Below, in pieces: positions 23,137 to 36,521 of a DNA stretch of 64,000 nt. A program made the translations under genes and the position numbers. The notes under the pieces are model-generated. The model saw nothing but the letters and a program-made list of their open reading frames with translations, made no database searches and was not told the origin of the DNA. The stretch covers positions 434,001 through 498,000 of the forward strand of contig MU008169.1 of assembly GCA_010909165.1 (NCBI GenBank). Reading direction: 5' to 3'. Every line of letters starts with the position of its first letter. Position 1 is the stretch's first letter. This DNA comes from Anthoceros angustus (Eukaryota > Plantae > Anthocerotophyta).

Positions 23137-23899
23137 ATGAACACCTACAAAAACCAACAAAAACCAAACCAACTTCAGTTTTCGGCGAAATAGGGCTGGG
23201 ATTTTTTCCAAAACCCCTTTTGACGGGAAAAACCCCTTTCTACACATACGCTGTTACATGCATACATGCCACTACGTAGAGTTATGAATCAAGGAAATGA
23301 CACTGTGCATAGATCCGGGGACAAGCTACTACAGTGATGTGGTCCTAACACTCGAAATGCAGGGAGAGGGATGCTAGGTGGTGCTCGGACAGGAGGGTGC
23401 ACCAATATGCGTCAGCCTTCTCGTGCCCCGCCTTAGCATCGACCTCTTCTTGCTGCTCGAAGTGTTAGAAAACGAAACGGTGTAAGAAAAATAACATGTA
23501 AGATCCTTTACTTTTGCATGTTTCAATTGTGAAGGGTTAGTAAAACCCTAACCAACCGACATGTCTTGTTCAGATATCCGAACAAGGTGAAGAGACATGA
23601 AGAGACATGACCCTTCATCGATGAAGAGACATGACGGTTGCATTCTCCTCCCCACGAGCGACAGATCTGAAGAGCTAAACCTCCATTTGCGCCCTCTGGG
23701 CAACATGTGACGTGGCTGGTTCGTGGGCGCCTTTCCAGAATGTTGACGACATCTCACTTCTCGCGATCCACGAGCTCAGCCAGCTCTAGCTTTGTGCACC
23801 GGAAGATCTCAGTGAGGATCGCCGCCAGATGAAGAAGCGTGCAAATCTTCCGGCTTCCGGCTAAGATTCACCGTTCTCAAATACTTAGCGACCTCACTA

Positions 23900-24770
23900 A
23901 TGGTACCGGGGTGGGTCCCATGCCAGACCCTAGCAACTTATTTCGTGCGCGCGCCAGGATCTGACACGGGCTACCATCACAAGCATGCATCGACTTTATT
24001 TTGCACTCCACACTTCATGCACACACCGATTCCTAGGGACCAAAGTTCCACACATTCCTCTCAACCGCTTTCACACACACACAAAGGGCGCCACACTCAC
24101 ATGATTTCCACAATGGAATTCCACATGATTCTCTTATGCACACTTCCACCGACAGCACTAATCCACAACAATCTCCACCGTTAGTTTCCCAATTAGTTCT
24201 CCTTGTCAACTTCTCTCCATGGTCTCACACCTCACATCGCGTACAGTGTTCAGTCACTTCTTCCTCCAATCTTCTTTCTCTCTCTCGATTCGCCTCGCAG
24301 GCTTCCACCCACATACTCACACACACTCTCTTAATTTCGGAATACAACCAACAGGAAAAAGGATAAGGGAAGAAGAATTCTCGAGCGTCACAGGAGGCGT
24401 TACGAGCAAGCTCCAGACCCGCCCCGCGCCAATCCCTCGATTTCCTCCTCCGTTGTCAGCGAGGAGCGCTCTATCACCCTCCTCCCACTGGTTGCGGAGC
24501 AAGCTCTCGACTACCCCTAGGAGCGTCTCGCACACACCACCTCTGTCAATCGGACGTCTCCAACCAGCCACAAGCAGCGTGGGGATCTCAACCAGGAATT
24601 ATCTGATGTGAGGGGCACAACCAAACCCCTTGATACAACGGCTGGGGGCGTCATAGCCCGCCAGAATTTCCTGGTCCTAAAAACGGATGAACGCGAAGAG
24701 GCGCCTCTACAATTTCGAACAGCCTTAGGTCCAGGATGGCATCCTGTAAACGATCTGGATTCGAAAACTC
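23900..24770 (+). mobile_element. Fragment of a second retroelement family (accessory-ORF region); diverged reverse-complement homolog of ~46000-46810
   Basis: Shares long blocks (GGTGGGTCCC..ACCCTAGCAACTTATTT; CCCCTAGGAGCGTCTCGCACAC; EEA(P/R)LQFRT.LGP.WHP) with the minus strand of 46000-46810. Confidence 0.75.
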
Positions 24771-25716
24771 CCTGTTGAATTGTGTCTTGGAGTGATTTCT
24801 TTTTTTCTTTTTTTTTTGTTATGAGTGGTGTTAAAATAAGTCATGTTGTCAGTAGGAGGGGATATTTATACTTGAAAATGTCCTTGGCCTATGGGGGTTT
24901 GGTTGTTCCCTAGGTTAAATAATAAATGGTCCTTGGACCGTAAACTCGATATTCCTTGGCCTTTGGTCTCGGTATATCTACTAGAAAGTCTATATATGTG
25001 AGGAGGGTGCTTTGGAGGAGGGAGGGGGGAGGAGGAAAGGGTCCTCATATTTGGTAAAGGTTGCTACGTCCACAAGTTAGAGGTCGATCCAACCAGGCGG
25101 TAGTCGAATGGGTGTGAGGTTGCAGACTGAGGTGTGCGGGGGTTACATTTCGAGGACGGTAGGTGAACGGGATGGGCGGTCGTGGAAGGAAGGAGCGGTC
25201 GTCGAAGGAGAAGTGGTCATGGAAACTGATCGGCGGTAGGGGAGTCCAGGGAATTTATCCCTAAGAAAACCCGGGGGGCGACAGAAACGCATTCAAACGG
25301 TGGAGCGCAACGGCGGCTGGAGCAGCGTCGAGGAGTGGAGCGTGAAACACCGGAGGAGTCAAGGCCGAGGAGTCAAGGCCTCGAGGAGCACCGTGATAGT
25401 GAGGAGGCGCGGGCGCACCCACGAGAGAGCAGAACCTCACTAGTGAGGCAGCCCGCGAGGGAGGATGGCGCCATCGGCGGCTGCTGCTGGTTGAGGAGGT
25501 AGGAACCCTAGAAGACTGACCCCGCTAGGAATTTCGAGGCAAGACATCACCAATTCGGAGGCGCCGAGGGTAGTGAGGTTGCCGCAGAGCATGGCGCCCA
25601 AGGCAGCAGAAGGACCGCCTGGTGGAATATGGACCATTGGAAGGTCAGAGCTAGGGAATTAGTGAAGGAGCCGGGTGTGGCGTGATTTCTTGATGGCTAC
25701 ATAATCGCGCACAATC

Positions 25717-26268
25717 TGTCGTTGTAGGAAGAAGTCCGCTCCCAAGGGAATGATAGGCTGCATCGCTGCTTCGTGATTCCTACCGCCCTTAGCGCCTGCT
25801 CACTCAACACACACACACATACTCCTAACTACTCACAACGTTCACCGTGACAGCCGATGTACTAAACGTTTAAGGACCTGCTCATCAGATCGCTCACATA
25901 CATCCTTCACGCATCCGGCCTTTCCTCTCTCCTCACGCTACACTCTTCGCCTTAGAAAAGACGCTGTTACAGCCCCGACCTCCTCGCTCACCGGGCCTCC
26001 GTCCGGCTCTACACGCCTCCCGAGTTCCTCCGGCTCACGCCCAAATGCTCGGACGCCCCGGACGAGCACGGTCACCATCACCCTTCCCCGCACACACCAC
26101 AACGCTAAGTCCGCCACCGGACCTTGATCAATCTCCCGAGTCGTGGCTCGCTGACTCAGACTCACGTTAGCAAGAAGACTCACAAAGGTCGCGCAAGAAC
26201 GCGCATCAACACCAAGAGAAAGATGCTTTACTAGAGCACCCTCTTATATCCGCCCGGCCTTTATTACA
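25717..26268 (-). repeat. LTR (552 bp) of Ty3/gypsy element
   Basis: TGTCGTTG...TTATTACA with TG/CA ends, homologous to 35958-36521. A short purine tract (GAATAGGGG on the minus strand, 26269-26277) adjoins it. Confidence 0.9.
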
Positions 26269-26899
26269 CCCCTATTCGAATAGCCACGGTATACCCTAAT
26301 CGCCATCCTATTCCCCCTATCTCCTTCGCCGACTGTGGAAGGTCCTGGCCCCGCCGGAATGGGTGGTCAATCCCGTCACAGCGGTTGTGGCGCCAATCGG
26401 ATGATCCGTGAGGCGCCCTCCTCTCCGAATCCTCGTTAACCGGCGGCGGTCCGACAACCGTTACCACGACCATCCTCCTCGGCCTCCTCGGGTCCTCACG
26501 GGCCATATCGCTCTAGCGTAAGTCGGGCCTCCTCATCGCTGCCCCGGCCCTCGAGGTCTGCCTCGACTCCCGAACTCGTGAGTCCGATTCGGTCCGCCGG
26601 CTAGGTCCGACCGCCTGGGTCCGGACCTCGTGGTCCGGACTTACGGTCCGGACGTCCGGACTTACACGGGTCCGGACTTGTGGTCCGGCCTCCCTCCGGG
26701 TCCGGACAAAGTCCGACTCACGCCCACCCGGGTTTCCTCCTCACGGACCTCCGTGGCTCTCCCTCAAGTCCTTTGCTCCCGATCGCCTCAAGTGACTCCT
26801 TCGCTGGCCCCTCCTTCCATGGTGAGGTGCGGGGCTTACCTCTCGCATCCGCCGCCTCGCTCGCCTCCCCGCTCCTCTCCGCCGCCGCCCCGTCATCTC

Positions 26900-29810
26900 A
26901 AACAGGGGCCACTAGGGTCCTGTCGTCCCGTGGCCTTCATCTCCTTGAGCCTTCCAGGGTCCGGGCCAGCGGGCGTCGAGAGGCTTCTCGCAGAGCTCGC
27001 GTGGTAATAGGCAAAGTCCGAATCGACTTGTTGAATTGCCTCTTCCACGTGTGCCCGAGCACCCGATACTCCCTCCGCCATAAGTGTTCCGGAGTCTGCG
27101 CGGCTTGTTGGGCCACCTCTCCTGCCAGTTGTTGAGCCGGTCAGTATCACGCGAGGCTACAAGGGCGGCCTCGGTCACCTCTCCCGCACTGTTCACCGCT
27201 CCAGCTCCGTCGCTTCCTCTCCATTGCGCCACTTACCGCCATAGCGCAGCTGCTCCTTCCGCCTTTCTCACCGGACCAGCCTTCTTTCTTCGCGCTCCTC
27301 CGCCGCTCCTCTCCGCCGCCTCCGTCATCTCCAAACAGGCCACTAGGGTCCTGTGTCCCCGTGGCCTTCATCTCCTTCGAGCCTTCCAGGGTCCGTCCGT
27401 TGCGCCGGGCCGAGAGGCTTCTACCGCCTGGGAGCTCGGTAATAGGCAAAGTCCGAATCGACTTGTTGAATTGCCTCTTCCACGTGTGCCCGAGCACCCG
27501 ATACTCCTCCGCCATAAGTGTTCCGGAGCCGGGCGTCTGCCGGCTTGTTGGGCCACCTCTCCCGCCAGATTTGAGGAGTGTCAGATCACGCGAGGCTACA
27601 AGGCGGCCTCGGTCACCTCCTCACCGCTGTTGCCGCTCCACCTCCCCGTCTGCTTCCTCCATTGCCACCACCCGCCATAGCTGCTCCTTCCGCCTTTCTC
27701 AGCTGGACCAGCAGCTTCTTTTCTGCTTCCAGTGCTCGCGCTCCTCCGTTCATTCTGGCCGTTAGCTCCGCCAGCTCCCTCTCCAGGCGGTCAGATACCT
27801 CCGTCCGACTCCGGACTTCCTCCAGCTCCTTCTGTAGCCTGGCAACGTCCAACTCCTTGGATAGTCGCCGATTTTCCTCCGTCTTCAGACGGAGCTGGAG
27901 GCACTCTATTTCGTGCTCGAAGTCGTGGATTCTCTCGTTGAGAATCACCTGCTGCTCCGACGCATCTTGGAGTTGTAGCTCCGTCCTGCTGCCTCCATCT
28001 GCCGCCGCCTCCTCTACCTCTGCACTGCACTCGGAGATCTCCTATCTCCCGAGTGCCGGGCCTCCATCTCCTCCTGGCCCTTGCTCGCCCATAGCCGCCT
28101 GCGCGGCCTTCGAGTTAGCCTGTCACTGACTCTCTCCACCGCCCGATCACGTCAGAGTGATCCCGGCCGCTCGCTCACTCCTTCGCCGCTTTACCGGCTC
28201 GCCCACTTGGCGCCGCTCTAGCCGGCCGCCTCCGCCAGTCCCGAGCTCTCCGCTTGTGCCCGGCCTCTTCCGCCTCCGCCTCTTCGCCGCAAGGTCCTCC
28301 GCCCGCTTGGGCCTCTGAGCTTGCTTTCACTGTCGACATGAAGAACCTTGGCCGGAACCGCCTGGCCTCGCTCACCACCCGGCGTTCCCTTCCTCGATCC
28401 GAGCGAGGGACTCCGCCTTTTCCTTTGCCCCTGGCCGCCTTCACTTGCTCTTGAGTTCCACCATCCTCCTCGGGTGGCCTCCACTTCCGGGTCTTCTCAA
28501 CTGCCAGAGACCCCAAAGCATTCCGTCCATGACGGTAGCTGACTCGCCGTTTCTTCCACGGCCATCAGTGAGGCCCCCACAAAGTCCGTAGTGGGAGCCG
28601 GCATTTCTCGGTCCGCCAAGGACCTCCATACCGATCCGAGTAAGTCCGGACTGGGTTCTCGGACCTAATCGGGACCCTCGTCCCGAGTGGTGAGGTCCGA
28701 GTCTCACCCTCTTGGCCCTCTTGGCCTCTAACTCCTTTGTGCCCTCTTTCTCCGGGCTCGGAGGAGGTGAGGGGTCCGGAGCAAGCTCTTTTGCCCTTCG
28801 CCGGGAGACTGCCGGGTGGGGCTGCTGCCGACCTCCTGCTCCTTGGGCCACGCCCCTTCGCCTCCTTACCGCCTCTTCACCTCTTGCCAGGCGGTAAGGG
28901 TACCGGCACCTTCTGAGGTGCTGCGTTGGTAGGCGGCACCGCCTTCCGCCTCGGCCCCGCTGAGTTCGTCGGGGCTCGGCGGCCGTGGTTGTTGGTGTTG
29001 CCGGTGCCGGAGCCGCCAACGCCTCCGCCTCCTCCCTGCCGGCCGCTCGAGGGGCACCAAAAGGAGGGAAGGGGAATCTCCTCCCAAACTTCCCCAGGTG
29101 GTGAGGGGTTCGCCCAGACGATGGAGTCCGGAATCCTCCCGTCCCCTCCTCCCGAGTCCGCTTGGTCTTGAAGGACGACCCCCACCTGGCGCCTTGCACT
29201 CTACTGCAGGCCTCCGCCTCCGAGCGCCTGCAAGCTCTCCCTCCTTCAGAGCTCGAAATGTCCCCATACATGAATCGGGCGAGGGCTTCGCTCCTTAGCT
29301 TGCGTCCTCGATCAACGGCGAAGATAATCCTTCCATCCGCTCTCTTCCCGAGCGCATGCAGAATACCAGTTATCACCAAGGTGATCCACCTTGGTGAGCA
29401 GTTCCAATGGACAATGATCCGGCTACCGCCCTTACTCGACCGTCGCCAGATCGGATATCAACCATCCGTTGGTTGTCCGCGCCCAGCCTCGACGCACGTG
29501 GCGGCCCTATCTTCCCTTCGCCTTAAGGGGCTCGCACCACGCCCCTTCTTCCTCCTTGGCGTAGGCCATCCTCGGGACCTCCAAGGTCCATCGCCTCGGG
29601 TCCTCCCGGAGGTTCTTGGATCGGACCTCCTTGTTGATCGCCGCATCTTCGGGCAAACTCCGGACTAGAGTGACGCGGTCCGACCATTTGGAACACGCCC
29701 GGATGCCACTCGCACCACCGCCTCTTCCCAGTCCGGCGGCGCCGGTCACAATGTTGCGCTCCACGAGGGTCCATGGCTCCCAGACTTCCGGCTTTTGGGT
29801 GCCATTGCTT
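26900..29810 (-). pseudogene. Accessory ORF between pol and the 3' LTR (env-like position), with a C-terminal coiled coil
   Basis: Frameshifted peptides MAPKSRKS/VWEPWTLVERNIVT, KEVRSKNLREDPRRW, ITLVITGILHALG, RFMYGDISSSE, and the heptad-rich ILNERIHDFEHEIECLQLRLKTEENRRLSKELDVARLQKELEE. Confidence 0.6.
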
Positions 29811-32800
29811 TCCTCCTCTTGTTCAGCCGGCCGAGTCCGCCGCACGATGTTCCTCGCCTTCGCCGCTCCAACCTCGACGCGCCGCCGGCGCCCAAAAGAT
29901 AGCGCCAGAGAGCCGGATTGCGGAGCGCAAGGGACCGTGAGGATTGTCTGAGGTGCAGCAAAATGACCTCCTCCTCGCGCGCTTGTGGAAGTAACCGCGG
30001 AAGGCGCCTGTCCGAATCGCTGTGGGTCCGCATGGCTTACTCGACCCTACGCCCGCTTACTCGCCTTACGCCGCGCAGCCCGCGGCGTGAATACCGCTAT
30101 AACGGCCTGCAAGGTTACGGCCCGCCTCTGCATGCCCGACCTCCACTCGGGGCCGCCCACGTGGCGCCGCCTGCCCTCACGCCCGCTCCTAGGTTACTTT
30201 CGGCGATTTATCCTATTTTGACTGGAGTGGGTTCCGGACTTATCCGTTACTCGGCGTAGTCCGAGCTTGCCATAGTGGTACCGGGTCCGTTGTTCACTCC
30301 AGTCCGGAGTATACTCCGAGCCTCGTCCAAGCGCTACCCCAATTTATTCCTCCTTTTCCGCCTTATTTATCCTTCAATCCTAAAAACAAACCCTACTTAT
30401 TTCTTAACTCCCGGAAGTGCATAGCCCACATACTCCCTTCTCATCTCACATGCCTCCGCCAACACTAAGCATACTTCTTCACCACCCGCTCACCGAGTGG
30501 GCAATCTCCATCTAGCGTGGGACGGACCCGTTGTCATATACTTGCACCACTTGGTACGGACCCATCCATCTCGTGAAGTTTGCTCGAAATGCATGTAACG
30601 ACTATCATAAAGGAGGGCCAGTCCCTTCCTTTACATACTCCCGATTCCGCAGTGATCGTAAATCTTCAGGTTTTGCACCAATGCATCTTCACCGAGCTTC
30701 TTCCCCGTCCTGTGTCGAACAAACCCCAAGAGTCGCCGATGGCTTTCCTCTCCTCCTCCTCCTTCCATCATTACTCGAAAAGTGGGCACTTCAAACTCCA
30801 CGGCATTACGGAGAGTGTCCGTAGGTCAAGTAAGCAGGTCCGTTGTGTGGTCACCTCTCTGTCCGAACGCCCACTGCGGATGGCGCTTGGTATCGTCATG
30901 GGCGTAGTTCATCGTGAGTTTATTCAGATCCTGCAGATGAGCCCATTTGTCTTCTCTGTCACCCATTGGCCTTAGGATTGTAGGGTGCCGTCTTGCGATG
31001 ATTGATTAAATACTCCGTCATGGCGGCCACCACATCATTAAGGAAATGGGTTCCCCTATCACTTACCAACTGCAGCGGACATCATGTTATGATGTTCTCG
31101 TGTGAATTTGGCCACGTGTTTGCGAGTCCGTTCTTGTCGCCACCTCTACCCACCGTGCGAGTCCGCTGCCACCGGGATGTATCTCCTTTGTGTGTGTCTT
31201 GTCAGGTGTATAGGTCCAACAAAGTCAATACCCCACTTTTCGAAGGTGCCAATATCGGTACTAGCGGCCACCGTGTCGTCGGGGTTGGCTTTCCGATCCG
31301 ACAAGCATCACACTTCTTCACAAACCGGTGGGTGTCCCCATACATTGTTGGCCACGATCCGCTTCAAAATCTTTTGGTGGTGACTGTGCGTAGTGTCCTC
31401 CCAATCCTGTGCATTCCCTTGACGACCGCCCCCTGCTCTCGCCGGTTGCAAGTACCTTCTTCTACTCCGTCCGCCCTAATTTGAACACACACCGTTGTAC
31501 ATTACGAAGGGTCGAGCATAGTGAATGCCTCCCTCCGCCCACGAGTCGATGGAAGCTCCATTCCCAGGTACATTTCTTCGTAGGTGGACGGACGGACCCT
31601 CCCTTCTCCGCTCGCTTCCGTAGCTTGGGGTTCGGTGGGCTCCTCCGGTACTTTACCGGCAACCAATGTCTCATCCGGAACGCATCTTCCGATCTCTCAA
31701 CACCGCCTGTTTTCAATCGTGAAATCGCATTTTGGTGCTGCCTCCCTTGTCTTGTTTCCACTTGAACGTGAACTCCTCGCAGCAACAATATCCACCTATC
31801 CGTCCGGACAGTCCGCCTTTATTCACCGATGCTTCAAAAGTGGTCTACATAGAACACAAACTCACTAGTAGTAGTGTCGAATTTCTTGACAAGATATACC
31901 ATACCGGTGCTTGGCTCTGTAGTTGTGTATTTTCGTGGGTGGTCGCCCAACGTAGTATACGGGATAATCCTTGTGCCCTTCCGCTCGACTACTCCGATAG
32001 CAAAGCGGACACTCTACATACACATGAAATTTCTGCCCAATCCGGTCCTCTTAGAACCGCGCTACCAAGGTGTCAGAATCCGAAGGCCTCCTCTCGCTCG
32101 TGACTGTCCAAACCTCCTCCTTCCGCAGAGTTCTCAACTTAGCCGCCTCTTCGCAAAGTCCTTAATAAACCGGCGTATCCCACCATTCCCAGGAAACCTC
32201 TCAGCTCCTTTAGGTTCGTCGGCGGCTGGAGAGACTGGATGACCCGGACCTTGTCCTGGTCCACCTCGATTCCCCGCGCCGACACCCGATGTCCCAGCAA
32301 GATTCCCTCCGTCATTCCAAAGTAGCATTTCTCCGGGTGTAGGCTCAATTGAGTCTCCCGGCAGCGCTCCAAGCACCTTCTTAGATGCCCAAGGTGTTTG
32401 TCCTGCTCCCCATGCACACAAAATCATCCAGAATATCTCCATGAAGTCCCTCGAAGTCACGGAAGACGTTGGTCACCATACGCAGCCCCCGGCGCTCCGG
32501 TCATCCCAAAGGCACTTCTCTTGTAGGCAAACGCACCCACTCGTAGTGAAGGTCGTCTTGTCCAAACTCCCTTAGGTGCAATTGGTTATATCCGGAGTAG
32601 CCATCCAGAAGGAGTAAGTAGTCCGTCCACCACCTTGTCCAAAATGTCGTCACGAATGGCATCGGAAGTGGTCCTTCTCCGCTAGCTTCCTCCAATCTTG
32701 GCATACCCGAATTTGTCTGGCGCTTGGGAACCACCACAATCGGCGCGACCCACTCCTGACGATGGGGAAAATGATGTCGCCTCCGGTACTTATCAAGGAC

Positions 32801-35800
32801 CTCCTTCACCTTGATCGAATACTTGGGGTTGAGCTTGTATTGTCGGATTGACGGCACCGCTCCCGGCTTCAAATCGATCTTATGCTCTCCACTTCTTGAA
32901 TGCCCTTCATGTCCGTGACCTTGAAGGCGAACACCGCAAAACTCCCCAGTGCTTTAGTCCTTCCTTCAGTCCGGAGGCATGCCTTTCTTAAACAGAAACC
33001 GGCGGACCTCCACTTCTTCCACGTCCGGGTTCACGCCTCCTGCTCTTTGCCTCGCGTCAAACCCCTCGTCCTCCTCTCGGGATCGTCCTCTCGCATCCCC
33101 ATTCTCTCAAGAGCTCGTCGGAGGTGAATCGTGTTACTCCTTCGATGTCCGCTTCCTTGGTCCGACTCTTCACTGCCTCCCTTGTCTGGTCCGACCTCCT
33201 CTTCACTTCCTTCCTCCAGCCCCGTTGTGGCGTTTACTCGAAAACAATCAACCACTTCCGCGCCAAAGGCATCCCGCTAGTCCATCTCCTCCTCGGACCC
33301 GGCGGATCTTGGCGAAAGTCGCCTCCTCGGAACTATCTTGTTCGCCGCGTGGAGTCCTCCACGAGGTATACCCTTCCGGTAGTGCTCACGTTTCCCACAA
33401 TAGGTGTCCTTGCTCCGTGATAGCAACCTCCCTTCTCGCACCTTAGGGTCCCACCCACCGGCTTGAAGTGAATCTCCTTCCTTCCAAAGTGTAGCGTCTG
33501 GCCAACCCACCCATGGCCGCCCAAAGAACACCTCATACCCTAATGGTCCGGCCGGTTTGATCACAACAAAATCCGGTTTGTAGGGTGCGCTATGGTGGCC
33601 AAGACTCGGTTAACTCACGGATCTCTTCTTGACATGTCCGCCATTCTCGAGTCTTCGTTGAGGGTTCAAGGATGTGAAGCCCAATTTTCGTGCCGTGGCT
33701 TGTGATGAGGTTGACTCGGACCCGTGTCCAACGGTACATCCTTGATGATACATCCAATCTCCACTTGTACCATGGCGCCTGGGTCCGTATGGGACACCAC
33801 CCTCACCGCTACCCTTCACGGCTTTGGTGCTCCGCCGAGGTGGGTTTCCCTAACGGCCCGACGGACCTCTTGTCGGTATTTGGGTTATCCCTCGGTTGTC
33901 GAAAGGACACAGGTCTGGCGATTCATCATCGGTCCGCCACATTAGGCGGAGGCTTCTACCCCAATCGAGGATCCTGCTGCCCTCATCCTCTCCCGGGTCA
34001 CCGTGTTACGGTATTCTCCGGATGCTTGCGCATTTCCTCCTGCAACATCTCGGTCACCTCCCGGACGTCCGGTGGAAATCGCGGCCGTGCGGAGGCACCG
34101 CTCCTTCTCCCTGCCCTGCAGGAGAACTTCCTTCGGTAATCCCTCCAGCCGCCCAGCCCTCCTTCATCGGTCGGATCCTCTGGTATTTCCGCTTGATTGC
34201 CTTCCTCGGCGTGTGACGCTTCCTCGATCTTGTTCTTCTTCAATGGCGCCTTTCTCGTCGCTCCTTCCTTCGGCCACGAGTAGACACCTCCAAGATTTCC
34301 ACCGACTCCTTCCTTCGACACCCCACCGCTTTCTTCTTTTCCATCTCGCTGCACTGAATCTCTTCCCACTCCGCCAATCGAGCATCTTCGACTTGCAGAC
34401 GGCAGCCTTAGGAGGTGGCGTTGGTGGTCTTCTCCGCTTGGTGTGGCATATCGTACTGCCCTTGCGGGGTTGGGACATAGCGTCGTCATATGCCCGCTTG
34501 CGCCGCCACACGCTCAAGTCCCCATTACCCCGCCTCGTTGGTACGGACACGCGTTGGAGTAATGGCGATTCCAGCTTCCAGCACCACGGCCGCAGGATCT
34601 CAGGGGCTCCCATGCGGGTGGGTGGGCTGTATTGACGGACCTCCGCTGATTTGACACATGGTTTTGGGATATCGCGGCCCGGAGGGGCTTCACTGATAGG
34701 CCTCTTCCCATTGCTCCTCGGCCTCCTCCTCGTATTCGTAGTCCACTTGATGCACCGGCCTTGAGGCGCTTGGATGAATGGCCGTGTTGGCCGGCACACG
34801 AGATGCGTCGCACGTCGGTGTTTTCCGCCTCGGTCCTTAACGGTTTATCGCGGTCCTCTACTCTCTTTATCACTTTTCCGGTCCTCCCGCACTGCTACCT
34901 CCTTTGAGGGAGTCGGGTCCGTGGAGCTTCTCGGACGGCCGGTGTCACCACCTCCTTCTTACCCCGCTTTTTAGCCGGGCCTTCTTGCTCTTCTTCTTGG
35001 GATACTCTTCCTCGCTAGAGACCTCCGTCTCTTCTTGGACGACCGCCTCCTCCTCAAGACACCTCCGATTGGTCTTCCTCCTCCTCCTCAAGACTCTTCC
35101 TGAGTCCGAACCCGTTTCTTCTTCTTCTTCTTGCCTCCTTGAGCGGATTTCTTTATCCTCGATGTAGCGATTCCTCGTAGTGCCGCCCGACCGCCTTGCC
35201 CACGTCCTTCTCGGCCAGCGCGGAGCCTCGGCCATGGGTTTGGCTAGACCGGCCGCGAACCACCGCATCGCTTGCATCGTGGTATGGGTTGGATGCCGAT
35301 CCTCGGCATAGAACCGCTCGATGTCTGAGCCCGGCTTCTCCTTCTTCCTCGCTGATTTTCCAACTTTGATAATACATACCCCTCTGGTCGATCCTCGAAA
35401 CCGTTCTAAGAAGGCATTTTCAAAGCTTCAAACGAGGCGGGTGGGGCATTCTCCTGGTCGGTACTTTCTCCGATACCATTGAGCGTCCCCTGAGAACCCC
35501 TTGGAAAAGCTGGATGAGCGGCCGCCTCCCTCTCCGTTGAAGTTGGCTTTGGACATGAAGTCCTCCACAAAGGTCTCCGCATCCCGCTCCTTCTTCCTCC
35601 GAATATGGAGTACGCTTGTTTGGTCGAGGTAGGGGCCATGGCCGCCGCCATCGGGTTAGGCGTGGTCGCCCTACCTTCTTCCGTGCCCCTTGTACCCGTA
35701 CTCGTCTTGGTCCGACAATTCGACCACGTTCTCCTCCTCGATCGACGGCTCTCTCGTTGGGTTTGACGCCTCTCTCCCGGCTCGGAGAGCACGCGAGGTG

Positions 35801-35957
35801 ACCACGTCCGATCCTCCCGACGGTTCACTCTTGACCGCCGACCACGCATTCACTTACCTTCTCTTCCTAAGGACGCACTTTGCGACCACGCACCGATTTC
35901 ATTCCCGCAACGGCGCCAAAATGTGGCGGACTTTTGCGATGGTAGCGCCACAATCCG

Positions 35958-36521
35958 TGTCGTTGTAGGAAGAAGTCCGTTCCCAAGGGAATGATAGGCC
36001 CGTACGCGTTCGGTGATTCTACTGCCCTTAGCGCCTGCTCGCCCTCAACACACACACATACTCCTAACTACTCACAACGTTCACCGACAGCTGGATGGCC
36101 AAACGCGTTTAAGGACCCGTTCGCGTCCGTATCGTTCACATACATCCTCACGCATCCGGTCCTTTCCTCTCTCCTCACGCTACACTCTTGCCTTAGAAAA
36201 GACGCGGGTTACGCAGCCGGACCTCCTCCGTCCTCCGGGCCTCCGTCCGGCTCTACACCCTCCGAGTTCCTCCAGCCCACCTGCTCGGTTCGGACGCTCG
36301 ACGAGCACGTCACCAATCACCCTTCCCCGCACACACCACAACGCGTTAAGTCCGTCACGGGACCTTGATCAATCTCCCGAGCCGTGCTCGCCGTGACTCA
36401 GACTCACGTTAGCAAGAAGACTCACAAAGGTCCGCAAGAACGCGCATCAACACCAAGAGAAAGATGCTTTACTAGAGCACCTCACCCCTCTTATCTGCGC
36501 CCAAGGCGCGTCTTTATTACA
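35958..36521 (-). repeat. LTR (564 bp) shared between two tandem units
   Basis: Homologous to 25717-26268. It is followed at 36522 by the same PPT-side internal sequence (CCCCTATTCG) that follows the left LTR. Confidence 0.9.

Larger units (their letters stand above)
25717..36521 (-). mobile_element. Full-length Athila/Tat-like (non-chromovirus) Ty3/gypsy LTR retrotransposon, frameshift-riddled
   Basis: Minus-strand order: candidate PBS TGGCGCTA (~35950), gag (~35850-34900), zinc knuckle (C..GHMTTLCP ~34490), protease (VPLDTG ~33740), RT (QYKLNPKY, WVAPIVVVPK, LDGYSGYNQ, CLERCRETQLSLHPEKC, LRGFLGMVGY), RNase H, integrase (GGHYA, CDAC ~31300), accessory ORF, PPT. No chromodomain seen. Confidence 0.9.

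Noticed and set aside
20430-23235. ACCCCTTTTTG at ~20435 and ~23213 as terminal repeats of the 1.2-kb dimer
   Set aside because: Direct rather than inverted, only 11 bp, and no TSD.
23901-23915. TGGTACCGGG (also ~30276, 42545, 43381) as a primer-binding site
   Set aside because: I could not match it to a plant tRNA 3' end, and no paired LTR ends immediately upstream.
25628-25640. Apparent 12-nt micro-inversion relative to the homologous 48478-48490
   Set aside because: The core ATGG(A/T)CCAT is quasi-palindromic, so the match needs only a few chance bases.
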